NCBI GenBank assembly: GCA_964016885.1
Contig: OZ024740.1
Coordinates: forward strand, 306,404,001 to 306,468,000
Source: Eledone cirrhosa
Lineage: Eukaryota
Reading direction: 5' to 3'
DNA: 64,000 nt
Part shown: positions 11,250 through 24,756 of the stretch, one piece after another
How positions within the stretch are numbered: position 1 is the stretch's first letter
Layout: each line of letters opens with the position of its first letter
Translations under genes and position numbers: made by a program
Notes under the pieces: generated by a model
The model's input: the letters and a program-made list of their open reading frames with translations, nothing else
Told to the model about the DNA's origin: nothing
The model's database searches: none

Positions 11250-11790
11250 TCATTTTTAATATTGAAAATATGCCCCTCTTTGAAGTGAAATTTCATACTC
11301 TGGTTGCTGCATACTCTGCAATTAGGTCAGTTGTATCTTTTCACCTCGGGCTCTTTAATTACAGTTTGAAGTTTTGCATTCGTTAGTATCTTTTTAGTGA
11401 CATTGGCTGTCTTTTACTTTTTATAATTGGGTATTTTTGTAAGAAGTTTTCCATACTTTTTTTTGTCTTTAGTAAGAAAGTAGATTTAGTTGTATGTGTG
11501 TGTAGATTTCTGCATTGTTTGAATTAAAGGTTGCAGTATATAGCATGACTTTTTTTCTTTTTCTGTTTTTGTTTCTCGGAGTACTTGGATAATATTTTGC
11601 TTTATGAATACTATTGTTGACTAAATTTTGATGATATTTTCTTTTGATGTTTTGTTTTTTTTATCTCTTCCAGTATATGATCTCTTTCTGTTGTGTTTGA
11701 GATTATTGTACAAAGTTAAGTGGAATATTGGTGCGAGTGTGTGTTGAATGAGATGATGTTAAAATGAGGTATTGTTGAGAATCAGTAGGT
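11250..11790 (-). pseudogene. Penelope-like element RT thumb/linker fragment
   Basis: Reverse translation KPTDSQQYLILTSSHSTHTRTNIP matches the PLE thumb pattern KPT-x3-YL-x3-S-x-HP-x5-IP; frameshifted downstream. Confidence 0.65.
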
Positions 11791-11804
11791 TTTTTATATA
11801 TATA

Positions 11805-12845
11805 CTAGCAGCCTTCGTCCCAGTCTGTACAGTGTTCAAATCTATTTATAAGGCACCTATTGGCATTTATCGTAATGCCTATTTTCCTTGACATAAAAGA
11901 TTTAAATGGTATATAAATATTACATGACATAATTTTAAAATTTTATTTAGAATATCGAAATACAGAAAGTAATAAAGAAAATAACTGAAAAATTTATTCT
12001 ACGAAAATTATAAAACATTTACAGAACTTCAGTATACACAATGTTTCTAACCTTTTTCTTTGGAGCATATATAAAAGTTTGTGGGGGCTCCCTACTCTGG
12101 AACAACCTACATACAATTGACTATGTGAGAAACAGCCCTGTTCTAGATGGAGACTGACAATCTACAGTATGGTGACTGTGCCCTTCTTCAATTCAAGGTT
12201 GTGTGGCAGCATGCTGGGAGGTTCCAAATTGTTGAGAAATTCAATTGGTTAATGGACAGCTTTTTCCTCATCAACAACTTTGTTGATAGATTTATAGGTC
12301 TGGCTACCCCAGGGGATCATTTGTGAAAGATTTTGTTGATGGCATTCACTGTGATGTTTTTTTTTTTGGGGGGGGGGGGGATTGCTCTTTCACACAGCCA
12401 ATCCTTATTGGAATGGTAGATATGGAAATTGGGGAACACTTAATTAATTAAGCTTACAACGCTTACCACGACAGTACAAAATGATGAAGGATCAAAACGT
12501 TCTTCAGTATCAGAGGTTTGCTTTTCTATAAATTTAAACAGCTGAGATATGCTTATCTGTAACACTGAGTGTCTCCCTCCCTTCCCGCCTCTGTTATTCA
12601 CACTGAAGAAATCTCACAGGCTGTGAAAATCCTAGGGTTGCCCCTGGCCCCCACATTTCATTTTCAGAAAAGAAGGGGATTGCAAGCATGTTGAAGGTCA
12701 GATTAGTTGAAAACACGAAAAAAAACGAGGATAAAAATGTTGTAACATTCCACAGATAAAGATCCTACATACAAGTAGAGAAAAACACATACAAATAGAT
12801 AGATAGATATATTTCTTTATTAGCCACAAGGGCGCACATGGGGAC

Positions 12846-12892
<47 letters not shown>

Positions 12893-13302
12893 GATAAAGA
12901 AAGAGAGACATTAAGTGAGATAGAAAGAAATTGAGTGAGAGTGAGAGAGAGACATTAAGTGAGATGTTTGGAAAGAGGAGTTGTTGGCAAGTGAGTCAGA
13001 TGTCAGACCGACAACAAACGAAAACACTTAGAAAAGTTTTAGTTAGTTAGAGAGAAGGGGAGGTGGATTGAGTGAGAGGTGAGTAGTGTTTCCCCCTCTA
13101 TATATAGATAGCATGATGGACGAACAGACAGTATCTGTGTGTTAGAAAGAGCAGTAAAGTCTCCCCCGCCCTTCCTCATTCTGTTTTTGGAAAATAAGTT
13201 GACAGCGAGCTTGTTAGAAGTCAGACTAGTTGAAAACACATGAAAAACCTTAATTATTATCAGTTTTATTTACAAACAAACTTCCTTTTTATAACTATAT
13301 AG
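11805..13302 (-). mobile_element. Internally deleted Helitron carrying Pif1-helicase remnants
   Basis: Minus-strand CTAG 3' end at 11805. Helicase fragments at ~12015-12440: WLCERAI, PIEFLNNLEPPSMLPHNLELKKG, CFSHSQLYVGCSRVG, NIVYTEVL*. Candidate 5' end CTATATAGTTATAAAAAGG at ~13302. Confidence 0.75.
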
Positions 13303-13654
13303 CTAGGTATAACATATGTTCTACAGTGTGTATCAGGTGCATTCTAACTCTGCTATTACACTTTCAGAGCATCACCCCACTACTGATTAGGTCCCCTAGG
13401 TAACAAAATTGTCCATTACTTCTAAGGAGTCTTTTAAGTGATTTTAGAGAGCATTTAAGAGAATCTATTTCATGTGTGCTCTTAGTGTGCTTCTTTCTCT
13501 TTTATATCTGCTGCATACAAAATCTATCTTCTCCGTTAATTTGCCTGTAATCTCACTACATTTCTTGTGTGCCCATAGGTTACTCAGTGTGCACTTTATG
13601 GAATTTTTGCCCAATCCCTTTCAACATATCAGATAAGTATAACATCAGGTCAGT

Positions 13655-13830
13655 GTTTATCCTGGTTTCATGGCATGAAGCGACTGAGAGTACAAGACTT
13701 CCCCCTGGACAGGATGCCAGTCCATTGCAGGGTTAAAACCCCAGCTATTGCTGGTACTCATTTTCAGCTAAGTATACTGGGGCAATGTGAAAGGAAGTGT
13801 TTTGCTCAAGAACACAACACACAACCCAGT
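13655..13830 (-). mobile_element. Meta-domain-like SINE fragment (family also at 29315-29600)
   Basis: Shares TGTTCTTGAGCAAAACA...GCTGAAAATGAGTACCAGCAATAGCTGGG with the 29.3 kb copy. Confidence 0.65.
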
Positions 13831-14518
13831 GTCATGATAAAATGCCCTCGATACACTCTGTAGTGTTTGGTAATCCATGGAAGGTGGCAGTAGAATGGTG
13901 AACATGGTCATGATGATGATGATAATGATGATGATGACAACAGTGATGTCATGATTATTTAGCCAACAAAAACACACAATATTGTTGACAATGCTGAAAT
14001 CCAGTGTTGACTTCCTCTTACAGCTTTCAGAGTCAATAAATTACATACCAGTAATGTACTGAAGGTTAACTCCGCTGACTATAGTCCTATTTATTTTACA
14101 AAATGATATTAACCTTTCAGCTTGTTGGTTTTGTGTTACATGCCTTCAAATTTGAAATGATAAGTACCAGTAATATAATAGTTTTAAGCCAAGAGAAAGA
14201 TTTTGATCTCAATTAAGTGTTATTCTTAAATTATAGTCGATAGAGTTGTAATTAAGAAACGGCTGTCTAACTATCTGTTCCTTACTATTGGCCCACCACC
14301 TTGAAATCTCCAACACACATCCCACCATCCCCCAGACCTACAAATGGCCTACCATTCATATTTGATTGGATTAGCAATATACATAAGAAATGTATTCCAC
14401 ATACATACTTATACATACACATAGAGACATATCTCACAACATATTTTACACACACACACACACATATATATATATACATACATTATATTCAACATACATA
14501 CACTTACTTCAAACATCC

Positions 14519-15104
14519 TCATCATCATCATCATCATCGTTTAACATCTATCTTCCACGCTAGCATGGGTTAGGGAGCGATTGTCTCACTTGAGGCAAGA
14601 TTGATCGGGTGATTGTGTCTCGCTCGTATAGGACTGTATCTGGCAGGTTTTCTACGGCTGGATGCCCTTCCTAACACCAACCACATTTACAGTGTGGACT
14701 TGGAGCCTTTTTACCGTGTCTCCTACATGACCACTTTACAGCATGGACTGTGTGTTTTTTTTTGTCGTGAGACCTACACGACCCTTTTAGGGTGGACTGG
14801 ATGTTCTGTGGTACCAACATAACTTTACAGAGAAAGGGGTGGTGTGGTTGGGAGTGGGAGGATGGATCAGGGGTGGTGAGTTGGGGTGTATATTTGGTTA
14901 AGAGGTGCCTACTGACTGTAGGTTTAACTTTGTACGTAAGGGAAGGTGGGACTTCTGTATTACTGCGTAGCGCCAAAGGTCTCGATCCAGTGACATTGTC
15001 TTAGAGAGGTGTAAGTGTGCAAAGTCAGATTTTATCATGTCGTCCCAGGTTTTTCTGGGTCTACCTACTCCGTAGCTTCCATCAATTTTGATTGCCCTGC
15101 ACTT
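14519..15104 (-). mobile_element. 5'-truncated copy of the RTE LINE (diverged)
   Basis: KCRAIKIDGSYGVGRPRKTW...DLWRYAVIQK plus homologous 3' UTR and (GAT)n tail. Confidence 0.9.
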
Positions 15105-16150
15105 ATACGTATATATTGCAATACCCCCTCTGTACACAGTCACATATTCACATTCACAGATACATACATGTACATAGACATACTGACACACACACACACA
15201 CATACACATAGAAATATTCACCCATATTCATACAATCATTCTCTTTCACACATTTATACATACAAAGGTTCGGAATCATATATATATACATATATATATA
15301 TACATATGCAATGATAAACACAGAAACACAACTGTATGTATATACAAACACACATATGATTACAGATAATAGTACAATGATTTGTAAATGAACCCTCCAT
15401 TGGTTTCAATGATGATTATTCTGATTGTTCTATCAACTGACCTCTTCCTCCTCAGCAGCCAGTTATAATCGAGTATGACGTAGTGTTAGATTTTTTTTTT
15501 TTTTTTTCAAATTATTATAATTAGACAATGAAGAAACTCCATCAATGATACTTTGCTCTTTCATGGGTCTGTAAACCAAAAATACTGTCACAACTACTTG
15601 TGGCAGCGTTCCCCAGGGTGGGTTGAGCTGGCTCCATTGAAGGAATTCACAGTGTAAGTTCATTTCATTGGCGTTTCTTCAGGTGATTAGTGCCCAGTCA
15701 CAAGTATAGTCCAATCAAAGCATTGCATCAGTTACAGTGGCAAGCTCTTGTTATTACATCCACCCCAATTGGGTGGAGCCAGTACCACGACGGGGACATA
15801 TGGGAGGGAATTTGGCTGGCAAAGGTGATAAACATAACCTATTTGAGCCATTTTGCAAGCCATCAGAAGCTCACCCCACTGCCCAGCTCAGGCACACTGG
15901 CCCTCAGCGCCATGGATGAACCTGTTGATGAGTGCCACAATTGCACTCAGAAGGCAGCGCCCGGCTTCGGCTGATAGGGTAGATAGCAGCATTTTGAGGT
16001 TTTATAGCAGAGTCTTTTGGGTTTTCTTTCTCAACTGAACTACCTATTCATTATATGAGTGTGTAAGTGTCTGAGAGTACCCCCTGGTACTTGAAGTCTT
16101 AATTCTTAAAATCCTGTAAAGATTTAGCAGAAAATATCTTTAAAAATAGG

Positions 16151-16475
16151 TTCTTCTTCTTCTTCTTCTTCTTCTTCTTCTTCTTCTTCTTCTTCTTCTT
16201 CTTCTTCTTCTTCTTCTTCTTCTTCTTCTTCCTGAGAGTAACATGGAGTAAGAGTCCTCAAACACTCCCTCCAGCAGGTCTTGTCAGAAGCAACCGTTTC
16301 CAAGCAAGACCAGCCAAGCTCATGAATGTTATCCGACCATCTTACTCAGGGTCTACTCCTGGGTTTCTTGCCAGTTGGTTTTGCCAGTAAAATCTGTCCA
16401 GTGATTCTTTCCTGATTTTAACCACATACCCATAGTACCAGAGCTGAGACTTCTCAATTTGGAGAAGTAGCAGCT
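16151..16475 (-). mobile_element. 3' end of a third RTE family (Expander/Rex3-like) with (GAA)n tail
   Basis: Reverse translation LLLQIEKSQLWYYG...ILLAKPTGKKPRSRP.VRWSDNI; (CTT)n at 16151-16232; homologous to 58215-58350. Confidence 0.7.
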
Positions 16476-16857
16476 AAAAATAGGTTTGTTAATTCAAATG
16501 CTTATAGTATCTTTGCTGGTGGTTATATCTTTATGGAAACTTCTAGTATTAAAATAAAGACTTTGATGTTTAATGTGATACATTGATAGTGTTGTTTTGT
16601 ACTTTTCAAGAATGTTTGTATTGCTAATGCAGTTTGATGTGGTACAGGATGTTAAGAGTTAAAATAATTCTCAAGTAGAAATCAGTGTGACATAATATGA
16701 CAAAGCTGGCATTTTGAATTATTGGTGTAATTCATCTAATGGGCTTTGGCACCAGTTATTATTTATCTAATTCCACTTCCAAGGCTTGGGTCAACCAGAG
16801 TCTTTGAAACACACACACACAAACACTCTCTCAAAATCACATGCACACACACACACA

Positions 16858-16942
16858 CACACAAAATCACATACACACACAAAATCACATACACACACAA
16901 AATCACATACACACACAAAATCACATACACACACAAAATCAC
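16858..16942. repeat. 18-bp minisatellite (CAAAATCACATACACACA) x~4.5
   Basis: Direct tandem copies visible. Confidence 0.85.
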
Positions 16943-17096
16943 AATAGATTTATCACACACTCACATACACATACAAACGTAATCACAAGTAATAGTGTTA
17001 TCACACACTCACATACACAGTATTCAAATAACATTTAATTGACAAACACACACACACACATTCACACATATATATGACCACAGCTAAGAGTGTAAT

Positions 17097-17128
<32 letters not shown>

Positions 17129-17685
17129 TTTACACACACATTCTCACATACATACACACAACAACATATTCATAATTAACAATACAATCACACAAACACA
17201 ACACAGGCGCACACACACACACACACACACACATATATACAAGCAGAAGTAATGATCTAATTGCATCCTACCCCCGCCTGCCCTCACACACATCTGACAC
17301 TGAACAACTATAGTTGCCAAATCACACTCAAGAGTTCCCCTATTTGCTATCTCGTGTAAGCAGTCCAGAATATTTAGATATCTGAATAATGGATTAGAAC
17401 CATTCTACAATCAATAGTAATTCTTATACTATTTGTTTATATTTTATAATGTATAAAAGATTTATATAAAAAAAAAAGAGGGGAGAAAACAGTAGAAGAC
17501 CTACACACTCAGTGACACACTCAATGAAGAACGGCTAGTGTTTCTGTCTAATAATTGTTTCTATTTTTGGCACAAGGCCAGCAATTACCCCAGTGCATTA
17601 CTGGTGCTTTATTTTATTGATGAAAAGCAAAGTTAACCTCGGCTGTTTCTGTTTAATAATTTATGAGGCAAGCCAACACACTTGT

Positions 17686-18106
17686 AGCATTGTTGTGGGA
17701 GACAGAAAAACTAAGATACTGAAATAACCAAATACTGTCATGGGCATCCCCTGATAGATCAGTAAAGTGAGTCACCAACAATGACAAGAACCTCAGTGAC
17801 AGTGGCCCTGCTCCCTAAAATGTCACAGCATTGTTGTGGGAGACAGAAAAACTAAGATACTGAAATAACCAAATACTGTCATGAGCATCCCCTGATATAT
17901 CAATAAAGTGAGTCACCAACAATGACAAGAACCTCAATGTCAGTGGCCCTGCTCCCTAAAATGTCACAGCATTGTTGTGGGAGACAGAAAGACTAAGATA
18001 CTGAAATAACCAAATACTGTCATGGGCATCACCTGATAGATCAGTAAAGTGAGTCACCAACAATGACAAGAACCTCAGTGACAGTGGTCCTGCTCCCCAA
18101 AATGTC
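17686..18106. repeat. Tandem repeat, 141-bp unit x3
   Basis: Units start AGCATTGTTGTGGGAGACAG at 17686, 17827 and 17968, with few substitutions. Confidence 0.95.
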
Positions 18107-18258
18107 CTGAATGCCAAATGTAGTTTGCTGATAATTCCTGGAATTTTAGGATTTTATTCCATTTTGGTTCCAGATGCAGCAACCCTCACCGTTGCCTAAG
18201 TTTGATAATGAAATCCAGTTATGTAGGTCATGCATGTATTAGTACATGTATGTGTGCT

Positions 18259-18315
<57 letters not shown>

Positions 18316-18800
18316 TATCAACCTTCCGCCAAAATGCTATGCTTGAACACACATTAAATAATTAACTTCACCCAACTGACCAGCATACATCGCCAAACAC
18401 ATGCATGTATGATCATGCATATTTTAACACCACTCACATTTTTGTACTACTTATCTTTCTTTTCCAATCTTTTTCTGGCCTAATTCATTTTCAGTCCTCC
18501 ATCTGATATCCTTTCTAACTGCCATTTGACCACACATGACTTTTCATTCCATTCCCTTTTTTTTTTATTTTCCCATCTGTCCTTTATCTTCTCTCCTAGA
18601 AAAAATCCTCTTTTTCTTACTGTTTTCCTTTCAGACGAAGGACTAGCATCTGCAAGATTAAGACATATTTATTTCTTCTTTTTTACCATTATACTAATGC
18701 ACTGTTACTGTAATGTGTTGTGCTCTGATGCTCCTCATTGATTTTTATTGATTCATATTTCACTAATCAATGCTAATTAATGCTTACATGCTTACAATGG

Positions 18801-19143
18801 AGGCACATGGCTTAGTGGTTAGAGCATTGGCCTTGCAATCGAAAGGTTGTGAGTTCAATTCTCAGACTGGGTGATGTGTTGTTTCCTTGAGCAAGACACT
18901 TTATTTCACATTGCTCCAGTTTACTCAGCTGTAGAAATGAGATGATAGGGACTGGGGTCCCTATCATTCCACTGCAAAGTGGTCGTGGAGATGCCACGGC
19001 AAAAAAGCACCCAGCACTCACTGTAAATGAGGTTGGTGTTAGGAAGGGCATCCAGCTGTAGAAATCAAGCCAGAATCAGTTCCCGTCCCACCTTTGCAAG
19101 CAGGGAAAAGTGGACATAAAATGATGATGATGATGATGATGAT
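18801..19143 (+). mobile_element. tRNA-derived SINE (Meta-like domain) with RTE-derived 3' tail
   Basis: A box TGGCTTAGTGG, B box GAGTTCAATTC, core CCTTGAGCAAGACACTTTATTTCACATTGCTCCAG, tail GTTGGTGTTAGGAAGGGCATCCAGCTGTAGAAA...(GAT)n shared with the LINE. Confidence 0.85.
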
Positions 19144-19362
19144 AGAAACCCTTAGTTTGCTTTGAATCTCAACCCTTGCATATTGGAGATGTTAATTCAA
19201 ATGCTTATAGTATCTTTGCTGGTGGTTAAATCTTTATGGAAACTTGTAGTATTAAAATAAAGACTTTGATGTTTAATGTGATACATTGATAGTGTTGTTT
19301 TGTACTTTTCAAGAATGTTCGTATTGCTAATGCAGTTTGATGTGGTACAGGATGTTAAGAGT

Positions 19363-19565
19363 TCCAACGAATTAAGTAATACCATGTTGTCTGCAAATTC
19401 TAACCAAGTGATTCTACATCTGCCAGTCTTGATACCACTTCTAAGCAGGCCATGCATATCAATCTTGTTCATGAAGATTATGAACAAGAGAGGTGGCAGT
19501 ATGCACTCTTGGCAGAGTCTAATACCAACATTGAATGGTTTTAACTTATCTGAACACAAATACTA
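19363..19565 (-). pseudogene. RT-domain fragment of the Expander/Rex3-like RTE
   Basis: FNVGIRLCQECILPPLLFIIFM...LEFADNMVLL (degenerate RT motifs B and C). Confidence 0.7.
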
Positions 19566-20149
19566 GGGTATTCACATAGAGACTTCAGAAGTTGTGGGTA
19601 ATGATCTCAAATTGCTGAACCTTACAGAGGAGATAACAAGTAGAGGGCTGCTGTGCTGGAAATGTGGAAATGACCCGTCCAACCCATGCAAGCATGGAAA
19701 AGTAGACGTAAAATGATGATGATGATATAGAAAATTACATTCCTAAACATAGAAACAAAACTAAAAACCACTAAACCATACAAAATCAAATAACCCCTTT
19801 TGATAAAAACAGGATATAAGACCAATTAACAAAAAACAAAACAAGGCTTTCAATCAATAAGTTTGAAAACTAGACAAAAACAACAAGAACAGTACATAAA
19901 TAAATAAAACAGGAAATATGCTCAATTATCCACAGATAAAAAATATTTTCTGATATCAAAACAGCATATAATTAGTTTTATAAAGAGAAGAGAATCTGAA
20001 AAATAGGTATGGCTGAGTGGTTTCAGCTTCAGTCCCATTGCCTGACACCTTGAGCAAGTTTCCTTTACTATAGCCACAAGTTGTCCAATGCCTTGTGAGT
20101 CAAATTTGATAGATGGAAACTGTACAATATCTCGATTATTATTAGTGGT

Positions 20150-20360
20150 GCATTGGCAGAATCGGTAGAGCATTGGAAACTATGCTTTACGGCATATTGT
20201 TATGGCCCTTTACGTTCTGAGTTCAAATCCCACCAAGTTTAGATTTGCCTTTCATCCTGACGGGGTTGATAAAATAAAGTACCTGTAATGACTGGGGTCA
20301 ATTTAATCGACTTTCCCCTTCCCAAAATTGTTGGCCTTGTGCTTAAATCAGAAAACATTA
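20150..20360 (+). mobile_element. Nin/Deu-domain tRNA-SINE (longer variant)
   Basis: TGGCAGAATCGG, GAGTTCAAATCC and the same conserved core as the other copies. Confidence 0.75.
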
Positions 20361-20377
20361 TTATCATAATTATATAT

Positions 20378-20706
20378 ATCATCATCATCATCATTTTACG
20401 TCCGCTTTTTCCCTGCTTGCAAGGGAACTGATTCTGGCTTGATTTCTACAGCTGGATGCCCTTCCTAACACCAACCTCATTTACAGTGAGTGTTGGGTGC
20501 TTTTTTTCCGTGGCACCTACACATCCACTTTGCAGTGGAATGATAGGGACCCCAGTCCCTATCATCTCATTTCTACAGCTGAGTAAACTGGAGCAATGTG
20601 AAATAAAGTGTCTTGCTCAAGGAAACAACACATCACCCGGTCTGAGAGTTGAACTCACAACCTTTTGATTGCAAGGCCAATGCTCTAACCACTAAGCCAT
20701 GCGCCT
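20378..20706 (-). mobile_element. tRNA-SINE with RTE tail
   Basis: Reverse complement of the 18801-19143 family; flanked by (TA)n. Confidence 0.85.
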
Positions 20707-21591
20707 TTATATATATATATAAATCAGAATAGAACAAGTTTAAAACTAATTAGATCATTACTCAACAGAGTACTCAATACTTGGGGTAGTAAAGTATGGC
20801 TATATTATAAAGAGTCTGGAACTAGCTATTGAAACAGCAAGAGCTCAACCGTCGGGTCCCAACTCTTTAAAATACAAACAAAAGACACAGAACTCCAGAG
20901 TCATCAGCCTTGGAAATGGACTTTGGCAGTTTTGACCCTACCAACAGTGCTGTTGGTCCACTCGAGGTCACAGCATCTGGGACACGTCAAAGCACTGTCC
21001 AATGGAGTAAGAGACGAGTCAAAACAGCAACTTATAACAGTTAAGCTATGACATAGAATTTCATGTAACGACAAAGAAAATGTATCTACATACGTCCCCC
21101 AACCCCAATTTTGTCCTTAGTTTTCTATCTTTTCTTACTCTCATCTATCTTTCTAGTTCTTCTATCTCTCATTATATATTCCAATAAAAGACTAACATCC
21201 AAAACATTAAGACTCTTTTCCTAGTATATCAAGCGGTAAACTAATATATATAATCATTGATGATTTTGTTCTCTTATGTTGTGTATCCTTGTTGACTTTC
21301 CTCATATCTATCTCATATATATATATATGTATATATATATCGACAGTCGATCGACTTTCGTCAAATCGGACCGAGGAAACAATGTTTCCATTGGTCTTTC
21401 CAATTGCTAATACTATCTATCGTTCGCAACTCCAAATAGAAGGAGCAGCGTGAAATAAAGTGTTTTGCTCAAGGACATAACGCATTGCCTGGTCCGGGAA
21501 TCGAACTCACAACCTCACAATTGTGAATCCAATTCTCTAACCACTCAGCCACGCGCCTTCTATATATATATATATGTATATATATGTATGT

Positions 21592-21633
<42 letters not shown>

Positions 21634-21634
21634 T

Positions 21635-22980
21635 ATCATCATCATCGTTTAACGTCTATCTTCCACGCTAGCATGGGTTTAGACAGGAATTGTCCACTTG
21701 AGGCAAGAGTGATTGCCTTGCTCGCATAGGACTGTCTGGCGGGTTTTCTACGGCTGGATGCCCTTCCTAACACCAACCACATTTACAGTGTGGACTGGGA
21801 GGTTTTTACCGTGTTACCTACACGGCCACATTACAGTGTGGACTGTGTGTTTTTTTTTGTCGTGACACCTACACGACCTCATTTATTTAGGACTGGATAT
21901 TGTGGCACCAACATAACTTTACAGAGAAAGGGGTGGTGTAGATGGGGGTGGGGTAGGGGTAGTGGGATGGGGGTGTATTTTTGGTTAGGAGGTGCCTACT
22001 GACTGTAGGTTTCGCTTTGTACTAAGGCAAGGTGGGTCTTCTGTATTACTGCGTAGCGCCAAAGATCTCGGTCCAGTGACATTGTCTTGGAGAGGTGTAA
22101 GTGTGTAAGATCGGAATTTATCAAATCGTCCCAGGTTTTTCTGGGTCTGCCTACTCCGTAGCTTCCATCTATTTTGATCGCCCTGCACTTTTTTATACAG
22201 CTGTCGTCTTTCATGCGCATCACGTGACCATACCAACGTAGTCTTCTCTCGAGTAAATAGCATCTGATCCCTCTTATTCCTAATTTCTCACTTAGTTCAT
22301 TTATGCTTTGCCATTCACGTATATTACTATTACACATCCGACGGAGCATGCAAGCTTTGTTCCTCTCCAATCTGCGCAGATCCTCTGCACACAATGCCCA
22401 TGTCTCGCTGTCATGTAACATTGCTGTTCGTATGCAGGCATCATACAGTCTGCCTTTCATTTTTAGGGAGAAACCTTTAGCGGCCAATAGTGGTATATGC
22501 TCTCTGAACTTTTTCCATCCCGTTCTGACTCTAGCTACTGTACTTTCAGAGCACCCTCCACTACTGCTGATTTTGTCACCCAGGTAACGGAAGGTGTCCA
22601 CTATTTCTATAGAACCATCTGGGCAATGGAAGGAGCTAGTATCCTGTGGGCACTTGCTACTACTTATTGCACCTGAGCACCGGCCACATATAAAATCTAT
22701 GTTCTTAGTTAGTTTACCTGTGATCCCACTACATCTTTTATGCACCCATACTTTACATTTGGGGCATAAGATGGAGTTTCTGCCTACTCCTTTCCTACAC
22801 ACTGAGCATGGCCATTTCCCAGAGGGGACCAGTGCCCTATTTTCCTTCCTACATACTAGAACTTTAGTCTTAGACAAGTTAATTTTAAGGCCTTTTGATT
22901 CTAGGCCATGCTTCCAAGTTTGGAATTTCTTCTCTCAAATGTAAATTTCTTCAGCTATGAGCATTAGATCATCTGCTATA
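21635..22980 (-). mobile_element. 5'-truncated RTE LINE copy (from the YADD region, retaining the PHD finger)
   Basis: ORF 21996..22877 closely matches the C-terminal third of the 825..4079 protein; 3' UTR and tail present; (TA)n on both sides. Confidence 0.92.
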
Positions 22981-23014
22981 ACCTATATATATATATATAT
23001 ATACTCATTTTCAC

Positions 23015-23102
<88 letters not shown>

Positions 23103-23354
23103 GAGAAAATGCGAAGTAGTTTCAGATGTTAAAGTCCTTTATTGGTAATGCTGTGATACATATTTCAATGATAACAGTTCATCAGACGTCTGTGTCGAGC
23201 TTGTCTGTCTTCGCGAAACCTTTGGTAAATGGAATAATTGTCTTATGTTGTTTATTACATAACTAAATAGCTCTGTAGCCTACATAGAGCACTCTCCTTT
23301 CCTTTACCTTTACTACGGAAACACTTAATATATATATATATATACATATATACC

Positions 23355-23386
<32 letters not shown>

Positions 23387-24756
23387 CGAGGTGTGTCAGA
23401 AAAGTTCCAGGACTGGTGTCACAAAAGATTTATTTCAAACCCAAACTTCACACTAAGAGTTTTCTCCTTCAAAGTAATCCCCCTGGAGTCTAATGCACTT
23501 TATCATCCTTTTCTGCACAGAAAGGGGACTCATTTTGAAGACGTGGACAACATCAAAAAGGCCGTGACGATGGAACTGCAGAGGATCCTGGAAGAATTCT
23601 TCCAGGAGTGTGCACTCCTGGAAGGATTCTTCTAGGATCCTCTGCAGTTCCGTCGTCACGGCCTTTTTGATGTTGTCCACGTCTTCAAAACGAGTCCCCT
23701 TGATGACCCCCTTGAGCTTGGGGAATAGGAAAAAATCACACGGAGCCAGGTCGGGGGAGTAGGGAGGTTGCTCCAACACGGCGATGTTTTTCTTGGCCAG
23801 GAACTGTCGGATGCTCAGGGCATTGTGAGCAGGCGTGTTGTCATGGTGAAGCAGCCATGAGTTGTCCTGCCACAACTCTTGCCTCTTCTCACTGAACAAA
23901 GCAAACGCTGCAGTATCTCTTTGTAGACATGTTGGTTGATTGTCTGGTCTTGTGGCAAGAACTCGCAGTGGACGATCCCCCTCACATCAAAGAATGTGAT
24001 CAACATGACCTTGACTTTGGACTTCGACTGTCATGCTTTCTTCAGCCTTGGCGATGACGGACTTTTCCACTGTAGGCTCTGGCGTTTGGTTTCCGGGTCG
24101 TACTCGAAGGTCCATGACTCATCACCGGTGATGACTGTCCCTAGCAAGTCTGGTTCGGTTTCAAGATGCTCGAGGATGTCCTGGCACACTTGAATGCATC
24201 GACCCTTACGGTCCTCGTTCAGCAGTTTTGGCACCATCTTCGCGCAGACTTTCCGCATGTCCAAATCTTCAGTGAGAATCTTCCAGACGCTGTCCCAATT
24301 CATGCCCAGCTCATTTGCCATCAGTCAAACAGTCAGCCGACGATCGCTACGCACCATCTGCCTGACACGCTCAATGTTGACCTCAATCCTGGTTGTTGAG
24401 GGCCTTCCGCTCCTGGGGTCATCTTCCATGTCCTCGTGTCCTTCTTTAAACCTCTTGCACCACTCAAAAACACGTGAGCGTGACATCATCTCATCTCCAT
24501 ACACTTGCTGCAGCAATCCCAGTGCTTCTGACGGAGTTTTCCCCAACCGTACCAGAAACTCCAAGTTTGTTCGTTGCTCTGTGCTCATTGCTTGATGATC
24601 TGAAACAGAGGACATGTATATAAAATTATGAAGAAAAAAGTTTGATTGCTGCAGAGAGCTAAGATTACAGTTACATACTCCAAGAGGATTACTTTGAAGG
24701 AGAAAACTCTTAGTGTGAAGTTTGGGTTTGAAATAAATCTTTTGTGACACACCTCG
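23387..24756 (-). mobile_element. Mariner (DD34D) DNA transposon, decayed, TA-flanked
   Basis: TA-CGAGGTGTGTCA...TGACACACCTCG-TA with ~90-bp inverted ends. Transposase motifs EQRTNLEFLVRLGK, DDPRSGRPST, KMVPKLL, ITGDESW, HDNTPAH, YSPDLAPCDF; stops and frameshifts present. Confidence 0.92.

Noticed and set aside
18801-18880. tRNA genes at A/B-box motifs
   Set aside because: No complete cloverleaf; each continues into a repeated SINE body and tail.
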